Positions 14,131-27,013 of a stretch of 64,000 nt of DNA are shown in pieces. Source of the stretch: Chara braunii (lineage: Eukaryota; Plantae; Charophyceae); assembly GCA_003427395.1 (NCBI GenBank), contig BFEA01000013.1, forward strand, positions 6,621,038 through 6,685,037, in the 5' to 3' direction. How positions within the stretch are numbered: position 1 is the first letter of the stretch; each line of letters starts with the position of its first letter. The notes beneath the pieces were generated by a model, which was not told the DNA's origin, ran no database searches, and saw only the letters and a program-made list of their open reading frames with translations. The position numbers and the translations under genes are program-made.

Positions 14131-15079
14131 AGTCACTTCAACGGATCCCAAACAAAATGCACAATCCCTGCTGATGTGACAGGATAACCTCCCCAGGGTA
14201 ACCTGCACATGTCTCGTCTCCTGATCTAGTAGGTTCCTATATCCCAGAAAAGAAACTACGTAAACAGGACACGCAAGGAGGGATCTGGCACGAGACGACG
14301 AAGATGTGTTGCAGAAAACGAGGGTAGCATTGCTAAAATCCAGAAGAACATTTCAAGCCACCAAGCACTTACATAGCAAGCCTGTCCGTTGCACTGGGAC
14401 ATTCATGACACTAATCAGAAACGCAGCCCACAAAAGTCTTCAGTGACATAGACTTCCTGGTACAACGAACCTCCACTACTCCCATACCACCGTACATGTC
14501 ACATTACAAACAACAAAATCACTGCAGAACACCAAAAAAACGTGAAGGAAAGATCAAAACACACAAGGCATTCACATTGCAGTGTTCAAACCCCTACCTA
14601 CCTGCTTTCTCCCACCCACCTGACCTCCTGAAGAAAAGAGAAATCTATCAGTTGTCGTTCAGTATGACAGTGACCACCAACCTGTGCTTTCCAAGCTGCT
14701 CACAGACAGTACACTCTTTCAAAGTCTCGCATAAACGACCGGAAGCCTCCAGAAGCCTCTTATTACTCTTCTGACCACCCTCTTCCCTGGCGCTCCTCTC
14801 CGGGTCTCTCCAACGGCTCACATCTCACCTCAGCCCCAAGAGTGAGATATACAGTCCGCTAATGATGCCTTTTTCCACCACAATGCACTCCCAAAAGCTC
14901 AGAACATTTCAAAAGGAAAAGATACAGTACCACGCACAGCACAGCATCCAGTTCAAGAATGCATGAAGTAGACATAAAAGGTAACTCGGTCGTAAATGGC
15001 AAAACTATTGGCCGCCCCGCCCCTTAGAGCCTCGCACAAACATAAAAGGTAAAAAAGCCTTGCAATCCGAACCAGCTAA

Positions 15080-16077
15080 ACCCCCAGTACCCCAGGCCCA
15101 GCCAAAATTTCTTTCTTCCTGAATTCAAGGAAGACCTGGCCACCCTTGGCAGAGGCTGGGTAGAGCCTTGGCAGCTTGCAGGTGGTCGGTCGCTCGTTCC
15201 AAAAGCGAGGGGCAACAAGAGAAAACAATTCACAAAAAAGAAAGGGAATAGACGAGACAAAAACAAAAAAAACAGGGACAGCGAACGGTGCGCATGATCT
15301 TCAAGAGCATAAAAGAACTTGGGCCTCTCTGCACAACTATTCAGATGAACACACCGAGAACGAGTCCTGCCAAGAACGTGGCTCGATAAAGAGCCCTGCG
15401 CAAGAACGTGGACACTCGTAAATCCACGAAAAGGTTTTAAAAATAAAAAAAAGAAAGCTACAGCACTTGTCACTGCCAAGTTTTTTTGTCTTTTGGTGCA
15501 TGTCGTGATAGGTGGAACGTTCTCTGGCGAGGCACACTACCCACACCTCGTGAGAAATTTTGCCAAGGGTCGTGGATGATGCACTCCTGGCGAATGTGCA
15601 ATTTAGAATATACGCTCCCACTCTAACCTCGCTCTATTCAGAGAATCAGCATGGCCCTGTGCACGGATGGCATGTATGGGTCAAGAATGGCCCACCAGAA
15701 AAAGAAAGCTACGGCTCGTGTCAGCACCATAATTTTTGTCTTTTATGCATGTGTGATAGTAGTCTAACGACGCATGATGATACTCGCACCTCGTAGGAAC
15801 TTGATGAAGGGCTGTGGCTGCTGCAGGGCTACCACCAGAACATGGTTCCGTACAGAGGCGATAAGCACGGTCCTGCGCAAGCATAACACAGAGGGAGAAA
15901 AAAGACGAAGGTAAAAAAAAGCAGACGCACCAGTTACACGCATTGAAAGGTCGGTCGTCCGCTGTGTATCGGCTGCTGACGAGGTCATTTCACTAAAAAA
16001 AGATCAAAGAGGGTTCGGTAGCTTCCACAAAACAAGGTTCCGTTCCGGAAGGCTGCTTGGGGGGTATTGGTGGTGGC
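15080..16077. mobile_element. Degenerate ~1-kb TIR element, ACCACCAGTAC family
   Basis: Left CTAA|ACCCCCAGTACCCC, right GGGGTATTGGTGGTGGC|TTAA; internal duplicated block at ~15450-15520 and ~15700-15760. Confidence 0.5.
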
Positions 16078-16199
16078 TTAAAACTGCATGAGCAATGTCA
16101 GATCAACAGGAAACCGAAGGTACAGCAGCTTTCAGAATAAGCATTCTTGGGACAGAATCAGTCAGAATAGGCAACAGGAGTCCGGAATCAAAGAAACAT

Positions 16200-16620
16200 C
16201 CATCACCGTAGTGGCTCTCGGTACACTACCAGCCAGCCATAGGATACATACATTGCAAACAAGACTTTGCGGCCAATCCGAAAATTAGAGGCTGCTCGAT
16301 TGAGAAAACGTACCGACCGCGCCTCGAGGCCCACCCCGAAATTGGGAACGTGGTTTATATCTGCATCCAGAATAGAGTCAGATTCTGTGTCCCAAACAGA
16401 GAGCCAGGTCCAAGTGGTCCAACTCCGTCTTGTCGATCCTCCACAATTAGCAAAACGTCCCTCTAAGCCTGCAAGCACACCAATCCTCCAAGCTCCAAAA
16501 CGCGCAATGAACAACTGGAAACTTTGGCAAGAACGTGCTCGCAATTGCCAGTGGGGTGGCAGCCATAGGAGAATGCTTCGCCAAACCTGAGCGACATTTC
16601 ACAGATACAAAGCCCAATGA
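16200..16620 (-). mobile_element. Decayed RT remnant (distal half), Penelope-like
   Basis: DSILDADI...YVSYG resembles the xFLxxxI ... Y/FxSY region that follows the RT catalytic motif. Confidence 0.25.
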
Positions 16621-18399
16621 CTGGACTTGCCGTCAATGCTCTCGAGCGAATGCAGAAATGCTTCTCGCAAAAGAACCGCTGGCAGCAGCATCCTGACGGT
16701 GAGCAGGCTTTTCATGGGAACGCAACTTTAGTGCATCATTTGCAGACATATAACTACAGATGATTCACCATCCAAGCAAGCCCAGAGTCAATACAAAACT
16801 GTTGTTTAAGCAGAAGTTTTCACAAAAGAGTTCCCGAGTATATCTTTCTAAAGAAAGCGCACCACACTTCTGCATTGAATAAAGACGCACCTGTTGCTTT
16901 CCCAGAACCGTTGGGTGGGAAAAGGGGCACGCCAAACCTCATGCAAAAGCTCTGCAAAGCCCTTCTCATTTTCTCCACTACTTTTTCCCTTCAGGACCTC
17001 CCTCTTTCATTTACCATTTTCCTCTCTTCTTTTCAATTACCCATCACCCTCCCTATTTCCCTTTTCATTTATTTTCTTCCATCGATTTGCTTTCCGCAGC
17101 ACTCAGACAGAATTCAGAAGCACCACAGAAGCACCCAATTCAGGCAAACGACCACGCATCTGACATAATGGACCGCAGCAAATCAGTAATATGCAATCGC
17201 ACCACAGCTCTGGCCCAGGAAGTTCTTACCACGATTCCAGAACGATATGACGGGACGCAAGGCATGCAAAGCAAAGGAAACGGAAGGCGGAAGAGAATCA
17301 AATGCAATCATCGAGCAGCAAGAGCAGCCCGAGACGAGCAAATGCAATCACTCCGCAGCAAGAACAGTCAGGAGAAATCAACCATGCCACTAGCGGATAG
17401 CAAAAGGAACATGGCACCATTCTATTCTATTTGGTTCGGGATCCAGGAGCCAAGAAAAAATCAACACTGGTAAAGGGGAAGCTTTTCCTGCCTTCTCAAG
17501 ATAGAGCAGCATATCTCATTAAAGTTTTGCAAGCAACCAGCACTATAACCATACATGTGGAAACAAGCAGAACTGCCTTCGCAAAGAATTACCCCAAGAA
17601 GCAGGGGATAGATAGACTAGTATCGACTCCTAAATATTCCATGGACGCAGAGCAAATCAGCGTATAGACGTGGAATTTTTTCACAGAACTCTGTGGGTTC
17701 AAAAACAACAAAACTCGTGAAAATGGCAGATGAGAATGAGGTTGACCGTTCACGCCTCGCTTTCTGCAGATTTGGATTGCCCCTTCAAAAGGGACGGCCC
17801 ACCTGTGCACTTGTGTGGTCCAGAACTGCTTGCCCACCCCTGATGGTGTACCTCTCAACACACATCCACCACCCCGATAGACCCCATGAACCAAGACAGA
17901 TCGAGGAATACGCATATTACTAGGCAAGGTCGCGAAGCCTCATTCATGTGCAGTCCACTTTGCCATACTAAAGGTGTAACGGCCATCTAACATAACTTTA
18001 GCACTATGCCTTGGAAGAACATTGACATGCCTAACCAGCCATCATCCAGATGGCAGAGGGGCAAATCCACATGATGAGAGGAAGGAAAGGGGCCGGAAGC
18101 TGGATGGAGCAAGCACACTCTTTGTTTGGAATGGAGGCCTTTCAGAGTTTGTTTACAGCAGAATCCTCTCTGCTGCCGACCACACAGCTTCACAGATGCG
18201 TAACCCAGATAAACAAAAATGACACGCACATCACTAGCTATGAATCAGAATTTCATAATTTGAGGCACAGATCCACAGTTACATCCATTGGCAGGAGGGG
18301 TGCAGCATATGGTGTCCCGATCCTGGCGACAGAAGAGATTTCTATGTTGCTACACTTGCCGAACATTTGCACGCAGCGGATGGACAGCATACGTACAAT

Positions 18400-19400
18400 C
18401 AGTCTGCCCCATGACATTCGCACAAAGCAGATGGTAGCATTATGTACAATCAGTCAGTGAAGTAAAAGACTGTGCCTCATCACTCGTATATTTTCCATAA
18501 CTACATACCAGTGGGTGGCAGACTGGGTTGATGCTCCCTACAATCGAAAGAAGTCGTCGTACATGGCTGGGAACATTCGCAGGAGACCCTCGCTCTGTAA
18601 TCCATGCCTCTGCATCCCGTGGCCCCCTGCCCTGCAACCTCAGAAAAATCTAGACACAAGAATGTGAGGAGTTGGCAGGTAGTGGACCGTAGTGATACTC
18701 CCCACAACAGAAAAGATCCGCCAGAAGGCTGAGGTGCGCATACAGGAGGCAAAATTATCATCCTTTTACTCCCCGAGCCCCATACACGGCAGGAAAGCAA
18801 GAACATCCATCACATGGGCACTAGGGAACCAAGGTTCACAAAGGCAATAAGAACCAGAGACCAAGCATTCGCAGCAGGAAGTCAACTCGATCTTCTTGAG
18901 ACGAGAACAAATACAACCACCCAAGCGGACAAATGCCATCCGCATGCCTTTCAAGGAAAAAAGAGCAAGAAGTCGCCCTAAACTGCTGAGTGTAGGTCTC
19001 GAGAGGGAACTACTACACAACAGATCTTCCCAACGGCCACTAGCCCTGGTGATCCATAGCAGAGATGGCAGATGGAAACACTGTCACAATACGAGTGAAC
19101 GAGGCATAAAATGACGGATGTCAATAAAGACACAAAATGAACGGAGAGTATAGGTTAAACGGATAACCAAAAGAAATACATGGACTGCCCAATACCGATG
19201 GAAGACAGGAGGACGCCACAAAACATACAGATCCCATATGCTCAACAACACCTCTGCAAGAAGGAAAACAGACCATCTGCAGGTCAGCCTCTCTAATGAA
19301 ATAACCATCTTGGGCAACAATCAAAAAGGATGACCTCAATGACCTTTGTGCTCGGCATACAAAGGCAACAGCGTCGCCCTTTAGTTAGTTTCCTCATATA
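18400..19400 (-). mobile_element. Decayed RT remnant, Penelope-like
   Basis: AFVRLGGCICSRLKKIEL...CLCEPWFPSAHVMD...CMGL, then LTFLCLDF and SYGKYT downstream, in the expected order. Confidence 0.35.
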
Positions 19401-20402
19401 CACACCATAACCAGCGCTGCCCACCTTCACCTCACTTCGCCACCATGTCATTGACAGCCGTCATCAGGGAGTGGCAAAACCCAAGCAAGCAACATCTTCC
19501 CCCCTTTCTGTCCAAACCCTCAAACGGGCTTGTACACCTACCAAGAGGTAGTCACACAAGATGAAAGACCAAAAGGGAAAAGTACAGCCGCACACGATAT
19601 TAAAAAGGGAGGGACGTCGAGGAGAGGCGGGATTTCGGGCAAAGGAGGGCTTTTTTTCGGTGGGGGAAGGGGGGAGGGCGGGCAGGCGGGGTTGCAGGGG
19701 GGCAAGGGGAGAGCAGTGGTGTGAACAGAGAGAAGTGCGGCAAGATAAGATACCAAAAACTAGAGAAGATAAAGAGGCTAAGGTGCTCTCTCTCAGCTCA
19801 GGAACCATCTGATGCTGCTGTTGCTGCTGATTGTGGGGGAACTTTACAATTCGTCGAGACGTGATCCGTCATGACGATGTGTCTGTCTACCGAAATCCAT
19901 CTGATAATGCATCACTTGCCCTAGAAGTCTAGACGATGCATCATTTGCCCTAGAAGTTTCTCTTTTGCTTGTGGGGGTGGAACTCTTGCCTGTTAACATA
20001 ATTGGAGCAAACGAACTGTGTAAGCAACCAAAAGTCTATCCACTGCATATCCCCCCCCCCCCCCCCCTCCCCTTCTTCTTCTCGTTTGGTCTTTAACCAC
20101 CCCCCACTCCGTCCTCTCAGCCTTCTTCAAAGCGGCCACCCTCCTCCCCCTCCTCCCTCCAAATGGAGCTGTTACTCCATGCACAAACGACAAGGATGGA
20201 GACTCAAAAGGGGTATATATCCACACAACCGCGAGGGCCAGGCATGCATCTCCTTCTGCTTCTACAAAAGACAGAACCGACCTATTCAACTATGGGAGAG
20301 ACAACATAGCCCCTCAGCCAGGGAAGAGAAGAAGAAGAGAGCTGCTGACCAACAGCAGCAGTCCAACACGGAAGCAAGACACCCGGCTACCAGCTCGTCA
20401 TG

Positions 20403-20648
20403 TCAGCGCTTCGGTGGTCGCTCCTCCTGCTCTCCCGAATCTAAGTCTCTTTTCCGTTTTACACCCGTAGCTTGCTCTTCAATACCATCATTCACATCAC
20501 CATCCTCCTCATCATCATCGAAGTCCTCGGACTCCTCCTCCTCCCCAGGTTCAAAATCACTTGCTTCTTCCTCGTCCTCAGGCGGTGCCACTGGTTTATT
20601 CACCAGGAAATTCATCCCATAACCTCCATTCTCGTCTCCCTCGTCCTC
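20403..20648 (-). CDS. ANP32: ANP32-family protein, terminal coding exon (81 aa + stop) with acidic tail and basic KRKR NLS-like motif
   Basis: Acceptor TGTGTGCAG|GAG (AG at 20650-20649) is phase 0, compatible with exon 1. It encodes EDEGDENGGYGMNFLVNKPV...SDFEP...GVKRKRD...PPKR*, resembling the GYGxxYLVxPV / KRKR C-terminus of plant ANP32 proteins. Confidence 0.87.
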   Translation of the reverse strand, partial: EDEGDENGGYGMNFLVNKPVAPPEDEEEASDFEPGEEEESEDFDDDEEDGDVNDGIEEQATGVKRKRDLDSGEQEERPPKR

Positions 20649-21344
20649 CTGCACACAACGCCACAAAATTTGGACCGTCGTCAAAAACTGCACCATCAGC
20701 AAATGTCGATACCCACATCGTCAGAAAACCAGCTAAATGAGGAACATCAAAGGCCCGGTCCGTGAGGGCAATAATTTCTCTTCTGGAGTCGGAGCGAGAG
20801 GCCAGAAAGCCCATATAGTTTGAAAACTACGAGGAGGGTGACGCTGGCCGTGGACGATATTCTGTTTTCCGACGCTGAAGAACGGAGACTTGGCAGGTGT
20901 TTGCAGCAGAACGGTTCAGTATGATGGTGGTGTCAATCGTGGTCGGACGAGGGAAGTCAGTTTTTTTTTTTCGCTCGACGAGTACAACGCTCTGAGAAAA
21001 AAAATAAAGAAACCAGCACCGGCCAGGACTGACCTGTCATGAAGATTTTTTCTACTTCAATAAATGAAAGGCTTTCACGGTGCAACAATCCCATGCCTTT
21101 ATAATTATCACGTACAAGCAGATTGCCGAGTACTTCGGGCCTTAGATAATGAATTGCTAGTACCTGCAGTGTGAGGTGTTCGAGGCTGTTCGAGGCCGCA
21201 CTACAAGGCAACGAAGAAAGCGCACTGTTTCACCAAGAGTGTTACTTCGGGCCCTACCGACCATAATTACCCTATAGTACCTGCAGAGAATTCTCACCTC
21301 ATAGTTCAGCCTCTGGTTAGCCGAGGAAAACTGAGCTCCTGCCG

Positions 21345-21346
<2 letters not shown>

Positions 21347-21428
<82 letters not shown>
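21347..21428. repeat. Compound (CT)n(CA)n microsatellite in the ANP32 intron
   Basis: Directly visible. Confidence 0.95.
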
Positions 21429-21430
<2 letters not shown>

Positions 21431-21777
21431 GAGTTATGGTAGAGGAGTCCAGGCGGCTGCGGTCTGTCACAACAGGTTAATACGGGTTCATCCTGGCAAC
21501 ATGATGACAACGCTTTATAAAAGGAAAGGCCATATATGGGAGGTACAAATTCGTCGGGGAACCTGGCGGGCTTCCCATTTATTCATTTCGATTCGTATAA
21601 GGGAGGAGGTCGTCGCTGCATTTTACCACACACGCACAAAAGATTAACCGACACAAACCGGTCCCAATCAACCTTGCCCAAAATAGTGGATGGATAATAG
21701 TGAGATCTACGGCTGTAACACGTTAATCGAACAAAAAGTTGACGATTCAGGTACTCACTCCCAAGTTCGTTCGGGCC

Positions 21778-21883
21778 GCTGATCTAACTCCCTAACCTGC
21801 TGTGTCCTGACGGCCCCCGGAAAGTAAGTTATGCAAACCAACGGAGCTGATCTAACTCCCTAACCTGCTGTGTCCTGATGGCC
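21778..21883. repeat. 38-bp direct repeat x2 (1 mismatch) separated by 30 bp
   Basis: GCTGATCTAACTCCCTAACCTGCTGTGTCCTGA(C/T)GGCC at 21778-21815 and 21846-21883. Confidence 0.9.
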
Positions 21884-24800
21884 AAATGAGCGCGTGCCAT
21901 GCACCCAAAACGCTAGCACTGCTGCTGACGTGGCCGACCCCTTTTTCGTTGGGCTTGTCCTATTCGAGTCAATTTGCGGGTGCTCCTCTTCATAGCGTTA
22001 GCATAGACATGGAAACTCCTAACGCAACAGGCACACCCAGGTTGTGGACTGTTCACTGAGCAATCAACAGCGCACCCCTGTTGCGAAGCGAAGTTCTCGC
22101 TAACATGACCCTACAGGTCTTCCTACGTAAAGAGAACAAAAAGAGTTACCAAAGGCGGATGGATACAAAGGGACGCAAGAAACGGACACCGAAAGTGAAC
22201 ACAAAGCTGGTCGTGTGTGATATACCATGCCCGACACTGCGGCTGAAATGGCAAAGAGCGGATACATCCCAACCGTCGACACGCCTTCCCTACAGCGATT
22301 TTTCAGTCAATTTCATCAACCGAGCGACTGGCCTACCTTGTACTACCTAGGACCCAGGCGCGTACCGCAACGAGACATCGTGCAACTGAATAACAAAGCT
22401 CATACGCGAGACAGTAAATGACACGTACAAACGAGAAACCAGACGGATAGACATCGATACTGACGGATGGGTAACCAGACAGTAACGCAACCAGGCGATG
22501 CCGGAGTGCTGAGTGGAGGAAGAACCAGGTCAAGAGGCTAGGTGGCCATACACTGAAAAAAAACAAAGCTGAAGTCCGGCGGCCTCGAAACCCCGTCTTG
22601 TGACGAGAGCAGAAAAGCTCCCGACATCCTTACGAGTGACCCTACTAAATGACTGTCGACCTCATACCGCTTCGGGCATCCCACTCAGAAATGAGCACGA
22701 CGTAGGTCAGTCCATAAAACCGTAATAGCATTTGTGCAATCTTCAGGCCAATCAGGAAAGAAACCTACGTAGGGCACGCGCCCGAGCACATATCCGTCAC
22801 CACTACGGAACAGAGGACATATCTGCCCGCGCGTTTCTCTAGGCCCACCCCGAAGCACGACAACGTGATAGTGAGAACAGAAGAAACGAGGCAAACCCGG
22901 CACGACCGATGGAACGACTCTACGAAGGCGTAAGAACACAGCTGGCCATGCTCAAGGCATGTGAAAAGCGGTGCGAAAGTGAGCACGGCTGCGGTGTAGA
23001 TCAGCGGTGTGACAGGCCCCCAAACCAAGCGCACCGTACAGACTCGCGCGAAATGAGCGGCTCGGACATATACGTAAAGCAGGGACGTCGCCACAACAGT
23101 GCATACAACTACATCACTAGAGTTGCAAGTAAAGGAAGCGACCTGTCTGTCAAGAATCATCATCTCAGTAGCAGAGAGGAAGTTCAGATTGTGCTCCTGC
23201 GACAGAAATAAGAGGAGGTCACTTTTCTCAATACCAACTCCTTCGCAATAGAGCACATTGACATTGCCGCGGGGGAGGACGGAAATCTGGCGCCAGATAC
23301 GCGGTAACGGTGATGACAATGCTGTTAACGGCGGCAGGACGGGAAGTCGCAGTTAACCAACGGACAGCACGTGGAGAAAAGCTTACGTTAAACCATCCAC
23401 AAAGAGAGAGAAACCCGTAAAGAAAACGAACCGTTACGACTCGGTGAGACTGATCCCATGGCACCTTCCGGAAATGCAGAAAGCAAGCAAATGTCGGACG
23501 GCCGTCCTGCGTCGTTTCCTTCCACCTCCACCGAAACCTCAAAATAGCTTAAATCGACGAACAGCTCGCTTGAGGCGAGAGAGAAAGAGACCCTTGCGGC
23601 GAGGGGGGAGCGGCGACGGGCAAAAACTGGCGTAAAGCAAAGAGGAGACCAACCGACGTCCGAAGGAGTGACAACAAAGGTGCTGGCAAATACGAATTCG
23701 CATTCGGGACACCATGAAAAGGAACGCCGTGACCACAACTCCGAACAAGCGAAGTACCTCACCTGACAGAAGCCGGCTAGACAACCGAGCGCACGAAGAC
23801 GTCAGATAACATCATACCACTCGACGACCCTTGACGTGGCAGAAAGTGAACAGAACTGGCCCTGCGATTCTTACAACGGACAGAAGTAAGCCACTACGAA
23901 CCCCTCCTTTTTCAATCGAAGGGACGCCAAAGGTGAGCGAGACCAAGGGTGGGAACAGTGGCGAGAACCAAAAGCGCGGGCTTCCGACCTAGCGCTTCTC
24001 ACGCACTTCGGCTCTCCGACAGGCAATGAAAAGCAGGATGAGGAACAGCCCGATCAGTCAGGAGGAACCCCAAAGCAGGCAGACGTACACAGGACGCCAA
24101 GCACTAGCCCAACCGCAGCGTCGTCGAACAACCGGGCAACAAGTCGACAACGACATCCCGGCAGAGCATGATCTAAACACAAGCGGAAACGTCGAAATGA
24201 TCGGACCACCGCCAGACAGAGAAGGCGGGCAACCAAGGAAAGACACGGAAAAACAACGTACCCGCTACGGCGACACCTCAGAAGGAAGCTACGGAGCGTA
24301 CGAGAAGAGCGCGAAGCCTATTCTAGGGCATGGAAACCCGTCACATTTCATCACGCGCAGAGAGAACGCTGCCAAACGGAAGTCGGAAGAGCGAGCACAG
24401 AGGTAGAAGAAGCAAACGAGAAGTAATTTACGATACCATACCACCGAGCCTTGCGGCATCAGCTCACGAAAGGACTAAATACCAAATTAAAACCATTATG
24501 TACTGCAGACACTCGCTCGCAAAACCCCTCGCGCAAACACCACAAAAGATTATCACCAGTCACGTTATACCATCGGAGATAATGCCACTGCGTACGACAA
24601 CATTCAAGCAAACCATAGTAAGCGCGCAACAGAGAAAGTCGGCAAACCCGTCCTCCCCTCGAATCAATTTCTCTATCCGCCGTCTTTCGACTAATGCTCT
24701 CTCCCTTAGGAGGAACCAAGGAAGACGATGAGAACACAAACAGAATAGCGTTTCCACAACGACACACATATCCTTCACGGAGCGAAAGGAACAAATCAAG

Positions 24801-25929
24801 AAAGACCTATTACGTCCAGACATTTCGACAAGCACGGAACAACCGTTCCAGCTAGCTCAGCATCGCACGTCCGCCGCCGCTTTGCTACTCCCCTTGTCTG
24901 ATTTACCTAAAGCCGCGAAACCGATATAACAAACAAAACACAAAAGATGAAGACATGGATTTGCGCAATTAGGAGTGAAAATGCCGATAGGCGATCGTGC
25001 GCAGTGAACGTCATCAATCAGACACGTCACTGTGCTCATCGCAAGTACCCCAAGTCAGAACGCTCGGATCGTTCGTGTCCCTTATCTTGAGAATACTGCC
25101 GAATAAAATGCCAAGAAAACACCGCACCATCGCCCGTCGGCGTCTCCGCTCCGCCTCGTAGTTCTGGGATGCAAAAAAAGGTATCCCTTCCAAAACACGA
25201 TCCCAAAAGCCCAACCTCCTCCACTTCTGGTGAATCCCGAGCACTTACTCTGCTATTCTATCGAAACATTCTGAAGACAGCGATGGAGTCAAACACCACC
25301 ACTGCCGGAAGCTACTACGTTAAGCAGGATCACATCGAAAACAGATAGGACAGAGGGTACATTCCAAACATTCCGCAATTCCTCTCGACTCCCAACTCTT
25401 ATCATATTTTCCAGTCACTAAAGTAGACCGTATTCACAGTTGCACAAACGGAACCGCACACACGCCCCATAGTCAACGGGGCACGGAAACTTGTGCCATA
25501 AGCCTCCCTCCGCACACTAACAAACATTAGTCGAAAAGCGAGAAAGCGAAGACGTGGCAGGCAGGTTCTCCGAAGGAGTCGTGCAGAGGCGTAGAGATTC
25601 TTGAGAGCGAAGGCGTGAGTTCAAACCGAGGCCAGGAGGGCAGACTTCTAACGGACAAGATTCAAATCTTGAACCGTTTACCCTCACGTCCTCCTAGAAA
25701 CCCTTCATTCCTCTTCGGCTGTCTGCCAGATAGAATTTAGGGCCAATTGATGCAGCAGTAATCAAGACTAACCAAGACCGAATCCAGGGACAGGAAAAAC
25801 GCTGGCAAAAGCAAGTGCCGCCAAAGTCAGCGAGGAAAATAGCAGCCCTACCCTCCGACTGCGTAACCGCAGAAAGAAGGAAAACCCCTACCTACCCCTA
25901 CCTCCGCCGCACTTAATGATATGCTCACC

Positions 25930-26350
25930 ACTTTTCTCCTTCATTACCATCGTGCCGTCGCGCCACCCGCCTCCCGAGGTCTATGATTGATGCCCAGACA
26001 AACTCAAAGATTGCCCCCCTCATGTTTGCACCATTCACACGCACTGCAATCGTGAAGCCACAAGAACTGGTGGAATACCCACGCATGGCAAAACTAGCAC
26101 CACCGTCTCCTTCCCGCAGCATTGATGCTCTTCCCCTACCGACATAGGGCAACAATAACGGTCAGCATCTCGTTCGTTTCACATTACTCGCAAGAGAGGC
26201 AACGGGATTTCTCCGAGAGCCCTCTCCCTCCGTATACATCCAAACCCAATTAACAGTCTTCTCACAACTGCTGATACTGGTGCGACTGCATGAACATCCC
26301 TTCCAGAACACAGCTTCCTTCCAGTTGCCGGGCGTCCAAGGCTCCAGTGT
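25930..26350 (-). mobile_element. Decayed RT remnant inside the ANP32 intron
   Basis: TVNWVWMY...LREGDG...AMRGYSTSSCG...IFEFV parallels the remnants at 13.6-14.1 kb and 18.4-19.4 kb. Confidence 0.25.
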
Positions 26351-27013
26351 AGGTAGAGAGAAAAGTGAGCGCGGGAGAACACGCAAAGGAGTTCAGAGTG
26401 AGCTCCGACGGCGGACTGAGAGGCACGGAGACAAAAATGAAAGAAAGAGACGCACGGCTGACTGCGCTCAGTGTTCGAGATGCCCAAGTGACGGATGCCG
26501 TTACTTCTGGTGCCTCCTCAAGTTGTTTAAATTCATGATGTTAAACCCTTCATAGGGTAAGCAGAGAGCAGAATGGATAATTGACCCGGAATTAACCTTA
26601 CGAAAGACACGAGGCCAGACAGGAACAGAGAGGAGGAGAACAGAGAAAGTAGGGGAACGTCACTTCCAAGAAACGAGCGAATTTTTGTCGCCTGTGACGA
26701 CCAGAAATTGCAAACTGAAGGCAAATCAGTGATTAAGACTTCTTCCTAGTCACGAGACCAGAAATTGCGAAACTCAAGACAGCCAGGGAGAGTAAGATTT
26801 TTGCCTAGTCTGCGCGCTTATGAAAAAAAAACTGACAACCATACAAGCAAAGAGGAGGCCTTTGAAATTTCCATTCGAGCTGATTGACACTATGGAAAAA
26901 TTGGTTCTCACGAATCCACAAGTCAGTCGAGGAATCATGCAAAAAAAGCAAAGAAGAAGCGCGAACTTGACTCCCGAGGAAACCCAGAAAAAGCAACGGG
27001 GCAAGATACGCAC

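Larger units (their letters stand above)
20649..27013 (-). other. 6365-bp GT-AG intron of the ANP32-family gene
   Basis: Canonical donor and acceptor join two in-frame acidic exons. No convincing extra exon was seen, but small ones cannot be excluded. Confidence 0.8.

Noticed and set aside
19866-19905. Hammerhead-like string TGACGA-N14-GAAA-TCCATC
   Set aside because: The conserved C of CUGA is missing and stems I and II are weak; at best a dead relic.
20002-20622. 206-aa plus-strand Ser/Pro-rich ORF
   Set aside because: Antisense shadow of the acidic ANP32 exon and its 3' UTR.
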